From NCBI GenBank assembly GCA_965216785.1, contig OZ244197.1:1664001-1728000 (forward strand): a DNA stretch of 64,000 nucleotides. Direction: 5' to 3'. This DNA is from Thermodesulfobacteriota bacterium (GTDB lineage Bacteria > Desulfobacterota_D > UBA1144 > Nemesobacterales > UBA2774). The translations under genes were made by a program, and so were the position numbers. The first letter of the stretch is position 1. The number at the start of each line of letters is the position of its first letter. Positions 19,676 to 28,323 of the stretch are shown here, piece after piece. The notes beneath the pieces were generated by a model, which was given only the letters and a program-made list of their open reading frames with translations, had not been told where the DNA came from and made no database searches.

Positions 19676-20938
19676 TTAAGATTTTAATTCAAGGGCGAGT
19701 TTTTGGAGCTCTTCCATTCCGACTTCGTGCTCTGAGCTTTCTTTCATATCCCTTAGCTTCACTATGCCGGATTTAAGCTCTTCTTCCCCTATTATCACAG
19801 TGTAACGTGCGCCCGATTTGTCAGCGCGCTTCATCTGGCTCTTTAGGCTCTTGCCGCCGTAGTCAGCCTCCACGCGGGCTCCCGAGCTCCTGAGCTCAAA
19901 AGCAAGCTTAAAGGCCGCATCACGCGCCTGCTCTCCCAAATACGCTATATATATGTCAGTTTCCTTCTCGAAGCCTTCGGGAATAACCTCTTTATGCAGT
20001 AGCACTATTCTCTCAATACCCATCGCGAACCCCACAGCCGGGGTTTCGGGGCCGCCGAGCTCCTTTACCAGCCCGTCGTACCGCCCGCCTGCCGCCACTG
20101 CGTTCTGCGCGCCAAGCCGCTCAGTAGTGAACTCAAAAACGGTCCTCGTATAGTAGTCCAGTCCCCTTACTATTTTCGGGTTAATCTCATACGGAATGCC
20201 TATACTGTCCAGGCTTTCTTTTACTCGTGTGAAATGCTCTGAGCAAGCATCACAAAGGTTGTCCAGCATCTTGGGAGCGTCTTTAGAAACTTCAATGCAG
20301 CTCTTTTGCTTGCAGTCCAATATTCTTAGCGGGTTTGTATCGAGCCTTCTCTGACAGTCCTCGCAAAGCTCGTCCTTGTGTCCTGCGAAATAGTCAGTAA
20401 GCATGGATTTATAGGCCGGCCTGCACTCGCCGTCGCCAAGAGAGCTGAGCTCGAGTGTGACACTTTCGCCAAGACCGATGCCATCGAAAAATCCGCTTAT
20501 CATGGCTATAAGCTCGGCGTCTGACTCCGGGGCCTCGGAGCCGAAAATCTCTGCCCCTATCTGATAGAATCCCCTGTAGCGCCCCTTTTGTGGACGCTCG
20601 TGGCGGAACATCATCCCTGTGTAGTAGAGCTTAATCTGAGGGGATTTAGTGTACATCGAGTTTTCCACGTAGGACCTGACCACACCCGCTGTGCCCTCTG
20701 GTCTTAGAGTGAGAGAAGAGCCGTCTCGGTCGGTGAAGGTGTACATTTCCTTCTCGACTATGTCTGTTGCGGCTCCTATGCTCCTTGCGAACACATCCGT
20801 AAACTCGAGTACGGGAATCCTGATCTCTGAATATCCGTAAAGCTCGCACAGGCGCTTTGCGTTTTCCTCAATGTGATGCCACCTGCCAATATCCTTCGGC
20901 AGGATGTCGTGGAACCCTCTTATCGATCTTACTTTCAT
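19676..20938 (-). CDS. hisS: Histidine--tRNA ligase
   Basis: RGFHD, DIVEKEMYTF, LRPEGTA, FRHERPQKGRYR, VRGLDYYTRTVFE, AGGRYDGL, GFAMGIER. Confidence 0.98.
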   Translation of the reverse strand: MKVRSIRGFHDILPKDIGRWHHIEENAKRLCELYGYSEIRIPVLEFTDVFARSIGAATDIVEKEMYTFTDRDGSSLTLRPEGTAGVVRSYVENSMYTKSPQIKLYYTGMMFRHERPQKGRYRGFYQIGAEIFGSEAPESDAELIAMISGFFDGIGLGESVTLELSSLGDGECRPAYKSMLTDYFAGHKDELCEDCQRRLDTNPLRILDCKQKSCIEVSKDAPKMLDNLCDACSEHFTRVKESLDSIGIPYEINPKIVRGLDYYTRTVFEFTTERLGAQNAVAAGGRYDGLVKELGGPETPAVGFAMGIERIVLLHKEVIPEGFEKETDIYIAYLGEQARDAAFKLAFELRSSGARVEADYGGKSLKSQMKRADKSGARYTVIIGEEELKSGIVKLRDMKESSEHEVGMEELQKLALELKS

Positions 20939-21003
20939 ATCTTTTCCCGTAACTACTATTATCTATTGCATATTAACTTGGGCTGGCCTTTTTTAGCTAA
21001 TCC

Positions 21004-21065
21004 AGAGACAATATTTTTGATTTTATTCCCGCGGGCATCGCTGTGAAGCGCTCGCCTCTGCCCCC
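21004..21065 (+). repeat. Left copy of a ~60-bp dispersed repeat (inverted relative to 22361-22420)
   Basis: Core 21016-21049 TTTGATTTTATTCCCGCGGGCATCGCTGTGAAGC matches the reverse complement of 22377-22410 at 33/34; flanked by AGAGAC and CTCTGCCCCC. Confidence 0.85.
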
Positions 21066-21225
21066 GGGCTTATTATATATGAGTCTTGTTATTATTTCTA
21101 ATAAGTGATCTAAGCCCGTGATTCGAGTGAGTTTTGATTGTATACCGTATTGAAATATTGCAGTATTCTATAGATTACAGTTGAGCCGTATGTTAGCCGG
21201 CGTTAACTAACGCAAGTAAATTGTC

Positions 21226-22374
21226 ATGACACAAGGAAAACCGCTTAGAGTAATTTATGTAGGCAGCCCCGAGCTTTTCTCAAAGGGCGCAAGCGCAGTG
21301 CACGTGATGAAGATGTGCGAGGCTATGGGCAGGCTCGGCGTAAGTACGGAGCTGATGCTTTCCTCAAACCATCCGATAGAGGAGATAAGGAGCTACTACG
21401 GCGTCATAGATAATTTCCATATTAGCAAGCTTCCGTACTTCCGCAACACAAGCCTGAGGAATATCGTCCACGGGGTTTTGGCTTCCTTTAAAACCAGGTC
21501 GCAAAGAAGGGATTTTGACCTCGTTGTGACGAGGAATATTGTTTACGCGTATCTGGCGACAGTGTTTTTTAAAATTCCAACGGTATACGACGCGCACCAT
21601 CCGCTGGTGAAAGGCGCGGGGAGGCTCTTTGATTCATTTAAGCGTTCTAAATATCTGATTAGGTTTTCGACCAATTCTGAGGGGCTGGGGAAGATTTATC
21701 TCAGCCTCGGGCTTCCCCCGGAAAAGCTAACGGTCGCGCATAACGGGGTTGATCTCGAGGATTACGAGTCACTTCCCGGCACTAAGGAGGCGAGGGCAGA
21801 GCTTGGGCTTGAAGAGGAGCGCAAGATAATTTGCTATTCCGGGAATATATATGATGGTCGGGGGATCGAGCAGCTTATTGAGTGCGCAAAGGATTTAAAA
21901 GATGTTTTGTTCCTGATAGTAGGAGGCTTGAATGAGGATGTGGAAAGAATCCGCGCCTTGGCACAGAGCCAAAATGCCGCAAACGTTATGCTCACCGGTT
22001 TTGTTGCGCACGCAAGCGTGCCGCTCTACCTTGCATCAGCCGACGCACTGGTACTTCCCTATACTAAGGAAATGACGATCAAAGGCGGGACAAGGGCGAA
22101 GGATTTTACGTCCCCGATTAAGCTCTTTGAGTATATGGCTTCCGGAAAGCCCATTATAGCAAGCGCTATACCCTCTGTAACCGAGGTGTTGGATGACGGA
22201 AAAAACTCCTTACTCGTAGAGCCGGGAAGTGCTGTATCGCTGGGTATGGGCATCCGGAAAGTGCTTGGAGACGGCCAATTTGCCGATGCTATAAAAAGGG
22301 GTGCTCTTGAAGACGTTAAGGATTACTCATGGGAGGGCAGGGTTAAAAAGCTGCTCGGCTGGGGACAGAGTTAA
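21226..22374 (+). CDS. Glycosyltransferase family 4 (GT-B)
   Basis: HNGVD, YSGNIYDGRG, LASADALVLP, SPIKLFEYMASGKPIIAS, YSWEGR. Confidence 0.92.
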   Translation: MTQGKPLRVIYVGSPELFSKGASAVHVMKMCEAMGRLGVSTELMLSSNHPIEEIRSYYGVIDNFHISKLPYFRNTSLRNIVHGVLASFKTRSQRRDFDLVVTRNIVYAYLATVFFKIPTVYDAHHPLVKGAGRLFDSFKRSKYLIRFSTNSEGLGKIYLSLGLPPEKLTVAHNGVDLEDYESLPGTKEARAELGLEEERKIICYSGNIYDGRGIEQLIECAKDLKDVLFLIVGGLNEDVERIRALAQSQNAANVMLTGFVAHASVPLYLASADALVLPYTKEMTIKGGTRAKDFTSPIKLFEYMASGKPIIASAIPSVTEVLDDGKNSLLVEPGSAVSLGMGIRKVLGDGQFADAIKRGALEDVKDYSWEGRVKKLLGWGQS

Positions 22375-22420
22375 ATGCTTCACAGCGATGCCCGCAGGAA
22401 TAAAATCAAATAAAGTCTCT
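22361..22420 (-). repeat. Right (inverted) copy of the repeat, overlapping the GT4 stop codon
   Basis: GGGGACAGAG-TTAAAT-GCTTCACAGCGATGCCCGCAGGAATAAAATCAAA...GTCTCT is the reverse complement of the 21004-21065 pattern. Confidence 0.85.
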
Positions 22421-22510
22421 TTTATTACCGCTACATTACATGTATCTTATGTGGGCAAAATTATTCTAGTTTATTGACCTTCTTAGAGAGAGAAAGTTAA
22501 GAGAGAGAAT

Positions 22511-24067
22511 GTGAGGGTGAAAATTAAACTTCTGATACTTATAGCTATATTCGGGCTTACGCTCGAAGCTGCAGCTCAACCCGGGCTTGAGGGGGAGGAC
22601 CTGTACTATGAAGACATGAGGGACGCGCCGGTACTCCTTGGAGGCGCGGGAGCTTCAGCCGGGAGCATGCTTCGCGGTAACCCATGGGTAGAGAATTACG
22701 GGGCTGACGAGAACGGGGTGTATAAGTGGCCCGGCACCTATGACCTAACTACTAAAGATTTTCTACGAGACACCGCGATTGCATACGCATTCCAATGGGG
22801 CGCGAGGATGTTCTATGTTAGGAATAAGAACAGCAGGATCTTCAACACTTCGCTCTCAGACTGGTGGGACAACATTACTCAGTGGCCCGAAACGGACGAC
22901 GGCGACGACTTTTTTACAAACCTTGTTACACATCCTATTGTAGGCGCGGTTGATTATCTGTACTACCGCTCCATGGGGCACTCGTTCTGGATGTCCGCAC
23001 TCGGGACAGTGGTGCAGAGTACGCTCTTTGAGTATACGATAGAGGGGCTAGTGGAAACCCCCTCGCTTTCAGATCTCATATTCACGCCTCTTCTAGGTGT
23101 ACCAGCCGGGTTCGTGCTCGAGGAATCATCCGAGTGGCTGGTGGATACGGACTTCGTGCCGGCGAAAATACTAGGTTATATAATCAACCCTATGAGGAAC
23201 TTCGTAGACAGAAGACAGGTGGGTATCTATAACCCTCTTTCAAAGCAGTTTATGTCAATAAGCGGGCCTCTTACGTTTAACGCAAATTCCAACGAAGCGC
23301 TCAGGCTCGGTTACCCGTTTTACATGGAGCCTCCGCTGCCGATCGGAAGATTCATGGCCGATATAGAGATTGTGAACATGGACAAGGACCTCGGAGGAGA
23401 GTTTGTATTCTATTCAGTAAGGGTAGATGTCCCCTCCGCCAATGAGCTCTGGGGTCTTTACGTTCAGATCGCACAGTCCGGAGTGAACGAGATTGTGGTT
23501 GACGACGATCCGCTCTCGGACGGGTTTGAGTTTGCTAATTTATTAGTCGGCGGCAAGCACCTAATAATGAAGTCTCATAACTCCGCAGTCTCTCTTGGTA
23601 TGGATTTATACCTTCCCACTGCGTTTAAAGACAATTTGGACAGACTGCAGACTCTGCTTATGTATAAAAGGAACTTCCCTGTAAACCTTCAGAGCGCGTG
23701 GACGATTACCCCATACATCTCAGGAGCTGTATGGGAGGGGATATTCAGCTTCCAGACGATGGTGGCATCTCAGTTCGTCCTAAACGCTTCTAAGCTCGAG
23801 GGCAACGATTTTGAATATAGGTTTAATTATGCTGCCAGTGTAGGGGCTAATTTCCCGATAATTCTCGCTCCAGTTCTTTTCGCCGAATTCAATGGCTATA
23901 CACAGCCAACGGCCGATACATTTGAGAAAACCGATTTATTCTTTACCGGAGGGTTCCGCTTCGGCAGAAAATTCAACCCCGGATTCGGTGTCCAGGTACC
24001 GCTTCACGGCCCCGATGAGGAGATCTCAAAAGTCGGCTTCATAATAGATTTCCAAGTTAGATTCTAA
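22511..24067 (+). CDS. DUF3943-like domain fused to a probable outer-membrane beta-barrel (paralog 1)
   Basis: Signal peptide; DDGDDFFTNLVTHP..G...Y..YR..G.S.W.SA......S.LFEY.IE....PS..DL..TP..G; alternating beta pattern ending IDFQVRF. Confidence 0.75.
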   Translation: MRVKIKLLILIAIFGLTLEAAAQPGLEGEDLYYEDMRDAPVLLGGAGASAGSMLRGNPWVENYGADENGVYKWPGTYDLTTKDFLRDTAIAYAFQWGARMFYVRNKNSRIFNTSLSDWWDNITQWPETDDGDDFFTNLVTHPIVGAVDYLYYRSMGHSFWMSALGTVVQSTLFEYTIEGLVETPSLSDLIFTPLLGVPAGFVLEESSEWLVDTDFVPAKILGYIINPMRNFVDRRQVGIYNPLSKQFMSISGPLTFNANSNEALRLGYPFYMEPPLPIGRFMADIEIVNMDKDLGGEFVFYSVRVDVPSANELWGLYVQIAQSGVNEIVVDDDPLSDGFEFANLLVGGKHLIMKSHNSAVSLGMDLYLPTAFKDNLDRLQTLLMYKRNFPVNLQSAWTITPYISGAVWEGIFSFQTMVASQFVLNASKLEGNDFEYRFNYAASVGANFPIILAPVLFAEFNGYTQPTADTFEKTDLFFTGGFRFGRKFNPGFGVQVPLHGPDEEISKVGFIIDFQVRF

Positions 24068-24201
24068 CACTCCTATTAACAACTAAATTCATAGCCTACT
24101 ATCTCGATTGAAAAATTCTCTTTCTTTTTCCCATATTAATTGTTAGAATGTGGAAAGGGGATAAAGAGTACATAAAGGAGAGGATGGAGGATGAATAGGG
24201 T

Positions 24202-25698
24202 TTGAAAAGCTTATATACAGGCTTTTTTCTAATTTTATTATCTCTCACAATATATACAGGGGTTTTTGCGCAGGAAGAACCTGTAGACCTCTTTGCGACG
24301 GATGAAGAGGGAGTGGTCTATAAGAACGGGGATTTCCTCTATACTCCAAAGCCTGCTGCGGCCCTGGCATATCCCGGAGACAGACCCGCCGGGTTTAAGG
24401 AGTATATGTATGACACCGGTATCTGGTACTCCGTACAGTGGGCAGCCAGGCTATACTGGGTTAGGGACAAGAGCCTCAAGATTTTTAACACCTCGTTTGA
24501 AAAATGGTGGGATAACATTACCGAGAAGCCCAAATGGGACGACGGTGACGACTTTTTCGTTAACTGGATCGCTCACCCGTTCTTTGGGATGCTCTCTTAT
24601 CAGTTCTACAGAGCCCGTGGGCACAGTATGTGGGCCTCAGCGCTGGGCTCGGTTATTCAGAGCACTCTTTTTGAATACGCAATCGAGGGTTTGGCAGTTC
24701 AGCCCTCGCTTATAGATCTTGTCGTAACCCCGGGTTTGGGAGTGCCGCTTGGAATATCTATGGAATACGCGTCGGCATGGCTGTATGAGCAGGACAACAA
24801 GGCGGCTACTATCGGGGCGTACATAACCAATCCCATGCGACTATTCGTTAGGGACAGGCACATAGGTATCTTAAACCCCGTATCGGGTACTTTTGAGTTC
24901 AGGGGGCCGATTACAATTGGTAATACTAAAGAGGACGCGCTCGCGCTCGGCTACCCGCTCTATTTCGAGGGACCTCTTCCGCTCGGTCGTGTTATGGCTG
25001 ATCTGGAGGTAGTAGCCCTTAAGCAGAGCTTCGGCGACCAGCTTTTCTTTTATTCGATCAGACTCGAATTCCCGACAGAAAGTGGAAACACAGGTGTCTA
25101 TATCGACGCTCCGTACGGAGGTGTTAACAACGTAGAGGGCGCCCGTAACGGTTATGAGTTTTCCAATATAACTATTGGTGTAAAGCAGGTGCTGGCCAGG
25201 GCGCACAACTATGCGGTTACAGCCGGACTTGAGTTCGTACCCCCAACTGCGTTTACAGATTCCCAGGGAAGGCTAGGGGCCGTGACCGCATATAGACGTG
25301 ACCTGCCCACCTACATCTACAAAGCTGTGACAGCAACGCCTTATCTGTCGGCAGGAGTGTGGAAAGACGCAGTAAGCCTCCAAGGCAGCGTGGGTACGGA
25401 TTTCATATTTAACGCCGACAATTTTCAGGGGAACAGTTTTGATTTCAGGATCGATTATGCAGCCGCTGCAGGTGTGAATGTGCCGATTGAACTTATCTCT
25501 CCATTGGTCTTCGTCGAGTTTGACGGGTATACGATTACGACTGATGATATAAATGACAAAACAGATCTTTTTGTCACTCCCGGTATAAGGTTTGGCAAGA
25601 GGTTCAGCCCGGGCCTTGCGGTACAGTTCCCGGTTGCAGGACCTACAAGCGACATTGCGGACGCGGATTTTTATTTTGATTTACAGCTAAGGTTCTGA
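24202..25698 (+). CDS. DUF3943-like domain fused to a probable outer-membrane beta-barrel (paralog 2)
   Basis: Colinear similarity to the upstream gene (WDDGDDFFVNWIAHP, QSTLFEYAIEGL, PLPLGR, KTDLF, RFGK.F.PG); ends FDLQLRF. Confidence 0.75.
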   Translation: MKSLYTGFFLILLSLTIYTGVFAQEEPVDLFATDEEGVVYKNGDFLYTPKPAAALAYPGDRPAGFKEYMYDTGIWYSVQWAARLYWVRDKSLKIFNTSFEKWWDNITEKPKWDDGDDFFVNWIAHPFFGMLSYQFYRARGHSMWASALGSVIQSTLFEYAIEGLAVQPSLIDLVVTPGLGVPLGISMEYASAWLYEQDNKAATIGAYITNPMRLFVRDRHIGILNPVSGTFEFRGPITIGNTKEDALALGYPLYFEGPLPLGRVMADLEVVALKQSFGDQLFFYSIRLEFPTESGNTGVYIDAPYGGVNNVEGARNGYEFSNITIGVKQVLARAHNYAVTAGLEFVPPTAFTDSQGRLGAVTAYRRDLPTYIYKAVTATPYLSAGVWKDAVSLQGSVGTDFIFNADNFQGNSFDFRIDYAAAAGVNVPIELISPLVFVEFDGYTITTDDINDKTDLFVTPGIRFGKRFSPGLAVQFPVAGPTSDIADADFYFDLQLRF

Positions 25699-25717
25699 TA
25701 TGTAGCCGGCAAAGCTA

Positions 25718-26137
25718 TTACTCAACGACCTTGATAGTGCCTTCCATCCCCTTATCCAGGTGTGAGCCGAATATGCCCGACTGACTGCAGTAGAATTTAA
25801 TAGTGCCTGTTTTAGCGGGTGTGAAAGAGACTTTTAAATCTTTGCCCGAGGGGACAGTTTCCTTAATCTCGATTCCCGATTCAGGGTCGTCTATTACAAA
25901 GTTATGAGGCACTACTGAGGTTACACTCCTAAGGTTCAATTCAACAGGCTTGTTTGCGGTCACCTGAATATGTTCGGGCGTATAGGAGTAGCTGTCTACG
26001 ACAATGTCTATTCTCTGTACTCCGTCTTCGGATGGGGGTACAACTTTGGGAGCTGTATCTGCGCCTTCTGCAAACACGGTGTATGTTGGGATAAATGCCA
26101 ATAAAAGTATTATTGGAAGAGCTGCAAGTCTGCTCAT
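25718..26137 (-). CDS. Exported cupredoxin-domain protein
   Basis: Signal peptide; PHNFVI ... FYC(x8)H(x4)M gives the type-1 copper ligand set. Confidence 0.85.
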   Translation of the reverse strand: MSRLAALPIILLLAFIPTYTVFAEGADTAPKVVPPSEDGVQRIDIVVDSYSYTPEHIQVTANKPVELNLRSVTSVVPHNFVIDDPESGIEIKETVPSGKDLKVSFTPAKTGTIKFYCSQSGIFGSHLDKGMEGTIKVVE

Positions 26138-26409
26138 TGCTGAAGAGAGACGTATACTTCTACGTCTCTGTCATAATTTTCTTTTTGCGCCTCGCACTTT
26201 GTCTCGTCTCCTTCGTTGAGCTCAAGACATTTATCCAGCAGGCGCCTCGACTCTTTTACGTCTCTTCTGGCGTCACTTAGTGATTTCTTGCCCCTTGAAG
26301 TCTCGATAGGATTGTCTATCGCAACTGTCTTTCCGGTTTTGAGCGTGCTGCATCCGGCTAGCGGTAGTAATAAGGTTAGGGTTACAAGTATTAAAGTAAG
26401 ACGCATGGC
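26134..26409 (-). CDS. Small lipoprotein (hypothetical)
   Basis: MRLTLILVTLTLLLPLAGC lipobox; GAGAGG RBS; ATGA overlap with the cupredoxin gene; one C-x9-C pair. Confidence 0.7.
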   Translation of the reverse strand, partial: AMRLTLILVTLTLLLPLAGCSTLKTGKTVAIDNPIETSRGKKSLSDARRDVKESRRLLDKCLELNEGDETKCEAQKENYDRDVEVYVSLQQ

Positions 26410-26550
26410 ATGACCTCTCTTTCGCAGGTACCTTGGCACTAAACAAAATGCAAGTGGATATATTATATCTGGTTGAGGGTATAAATCTCAAGTTACAGGA
26501 GACTCTTGAAGAAATGAGGGGCGGGGTTTAGGAATTTGATGCTGCGATTT

Positions 26551-26582
26551 GAAAATGAGGGCGGATAAATATACCCGCCCTC
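26551..26582 (-). terminator. Intrinsic terminator after the phasin-like gene
   Basis: GAGGGCGG / CCGCCCTC stem followed by ATTTTC on the minus strand. Confidence 0.6.
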
Positions 26583-26612
26583 GTAACTTCTATAGGAGGT
26601 CGAAAACCGAGA

Positions 26613-27032
26613 TTACATCTTAATAAGATTAAGATAGTCGCCGATGAATGAGAACGCCTTTTCTACATTAGCTTCTGCCTGTGTGCGAGCATCCTTCGTA
26701 ATCTTCTCAGTAACGTTCTTCGCGGCTTGTGCCTGCTCTCTTCTGAACTCGATGTACTTGTCGAACTGGTCACTAATATCTACTGTTTTACCGTTGGCAA
26801 ACGGAAGGTCCTTTGGGAAATCCTTGTAGTATCCGTTTACGTTATTCACAAACTCTTTTTCCATATCGAGGATCTGAGTAACGTGGGCGTTTATCGCGTT
26901 TAGGTTCTGCTCCCACAGTGAAAACGTATATTCGAGTCCATTCAGATAATTTTCTTTAACGATTCCAGAAAATTCCTTTACAGGCTCTGTAAACTCTTTT
27001 GTCTTTTGTGCTGCTTTGGCTGTTGCTGGCAT
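26613..27032 (-). CDS. Phasin-like amphipathic helical protein
   Basis: 139-aa all-helical composition with no Cys, strong RBS AGGAGG, monocistronic, with TGC-N4-GCACAA boxes upstream. Phasin identity is inference. Confidence 0.5.
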   Translation of the reverse strand: MPATAKAAQKTKEFTEPVKEFSGIVKENYLNGLEYTFSLWEQNLNAINAHVTQILDMEKEFVNNVNGYYKDFPKDLPFANGKTVDISDQFDKYIEFRREQAQAAKNVTEKITKDARTQAEANVEKAFSFIGDYLNLIKM

Positions 27033-27104
27033 CTTGCTTTTCCTCCTGGGGAAATTTATTTTAATGATAATATATACATGAGAAGGGGCTTATCAAGGTT
27101 TTTT

Positions 27105-27187
27105 CTTCGCAGTTGCACAATTTGTTAAGTAGCTCTAAATAAAGGCTGAAACTGCTATCTATTTGCAAATAATATGCAACTGCACAA
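27105..27187. promoter_or_regulatory. Two copies of a TGC-N4-GCACAA operator-like motif (PhaR-like)
   Basis: CTTCGCAGTTGCACAA (27105-27120) and ATATGCAACTGCACAA (27172-27187); a version with perfect arms lies at 63722-63737. Confidence 0.6.
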
Positions 27188-27263
27188 TTTTGTTGGCCAT
27201 TTCGGGAAGCTATGCTAAAACTGTAAGTATGTACTATAAATTCTGTGGATATAATATATTGCT

Positions 27264-27974
27264 GTGACTGAGAAAAGTACACGGGCATTTGAGCTGATTC
27301 AGATTGATAAAAACATCTGGACTGTAGAGGTCTCGCATAAATTTGTGGGAATGGAGTTCGGGACGCGGATGACAGCTATCCGGTTCAGTACCGGTGCACT
27401 TCTCCTTCATTCCCCGGTGCCTATAAACGATATGATTAAAGAAGAGATAGATTCTCTAGGCGATGTAAAATACATCGTTGCACCGAACAGATTCCATCAT
27501 CTTTATGTTCAAGATTACCAAGAAAACTATCCTGAGGCTGAGCTGTGGGGAGCTCCCGGTCTAGCCAGGAAGAGAAAAGATTTAACTTTTGAAGGTGAGA
27601 TTGCGGACGACACTTCATTTGGGCCTGAAGGGGAAGTCCGGAACTTCATCTTCCAGGGGATACCAATGGTAAATGAGGTAGTGTTTTATCATCCTGAAAG
27701 TAAGACCCTCATACTCACAGATCTCTTGTTCAATTTCCCTAAAGACCTCTCGCCGGGCTTTAAATTATTCCTTCGCTTATTCGGCTTGTACGGTGGACCG
27801 AAGGTCTCTAAGCTTGAGTATTATGTGTTCTTAAAAGATAGAGAAAAAGCCCGGGAGTCGGCTCTGAAGGTGCTCTCTTTTGATTTTGACAGGGTCTTGC
27901 TCGCGCACAAGGAGATGATCCCGAGCGGCGGAAAAGAAATAGTCAGAAAAGCGATTGAGTGCTTCTTGGATTAG
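27264..27974 (+). CDS. DUF4336 family protein (metallo-beta-lactamase-like fold)
   Basis: GTRMTAIR...LLLHSPV...LGDVKYIVAPNRFHHL...EVVFYH.ESKTLILTDL...FDRVLLAH. Confidence 0.85.
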   Translation: MTEKSTRAFELIQIDKNIWTVEVSHKFVGMEFGTRMTAIRFSTGALLLHSPVPINDMIKEEIDSLGDVKYIVAPNRFHHLYVQDYQENYPEAELWGAPGLARKRKDLTFEGEIADDTSFGPEGEVRNFIFQGIPMVNEVVFYHPESKTLILTDLLFNFPKDLSPGFKLFLRLFGLYGGPKVSKLEYYVFLKDREKARESALKVLSFDFDRVLLAHKEMIPSGGKEIVRKAIECFLD

Positions 27975-28066
27975 GTTTGGATTTAATAGACTCTTTATGG
28001 GAAAATTTAAAAATTCCCCTGAAATTGTAATTGACATCTTAGAGCTTCAACCATAGCTTATTCTTT

Positions 28067-28282
28067 GTGATAAAATTCTCGAAGCTTACTCTCTTTGGCA
28101 TAGGTTTTTTTCTGCTAGGCGCTATGTGCGGAATTGCTGAAAACGTCTTTTATGGCTGGGTAGACTCCGATGGAGTGCTTCAGGAAAGCTTCTTTTTGCC
28201 GCTCAGCTTTATATTTGCAGCCATTGGCGCAGTCCTTCTCATTACAGCTCTCCTGAGATTGCTCTACCGTAGAGCTGTTTAA
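28067..28282 (+). CDS. Small membrane protein (DUF3955-like)
   Basis: Two TM helices around YGWVDSDGVLQESFFLPL. Confidence 0.7.
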   Translation: MIKFSKLTLFGIGFFLLGAMCGIAENVFYGWVDSDGVLQESFFLPLSFIFAAIGAVLLITALLRLLYRRAV

Positions 28283-28323
28283 TAGTAAACTGCAGTTTAG
28301 CTGTTCTGATATCTATGCCGGGT

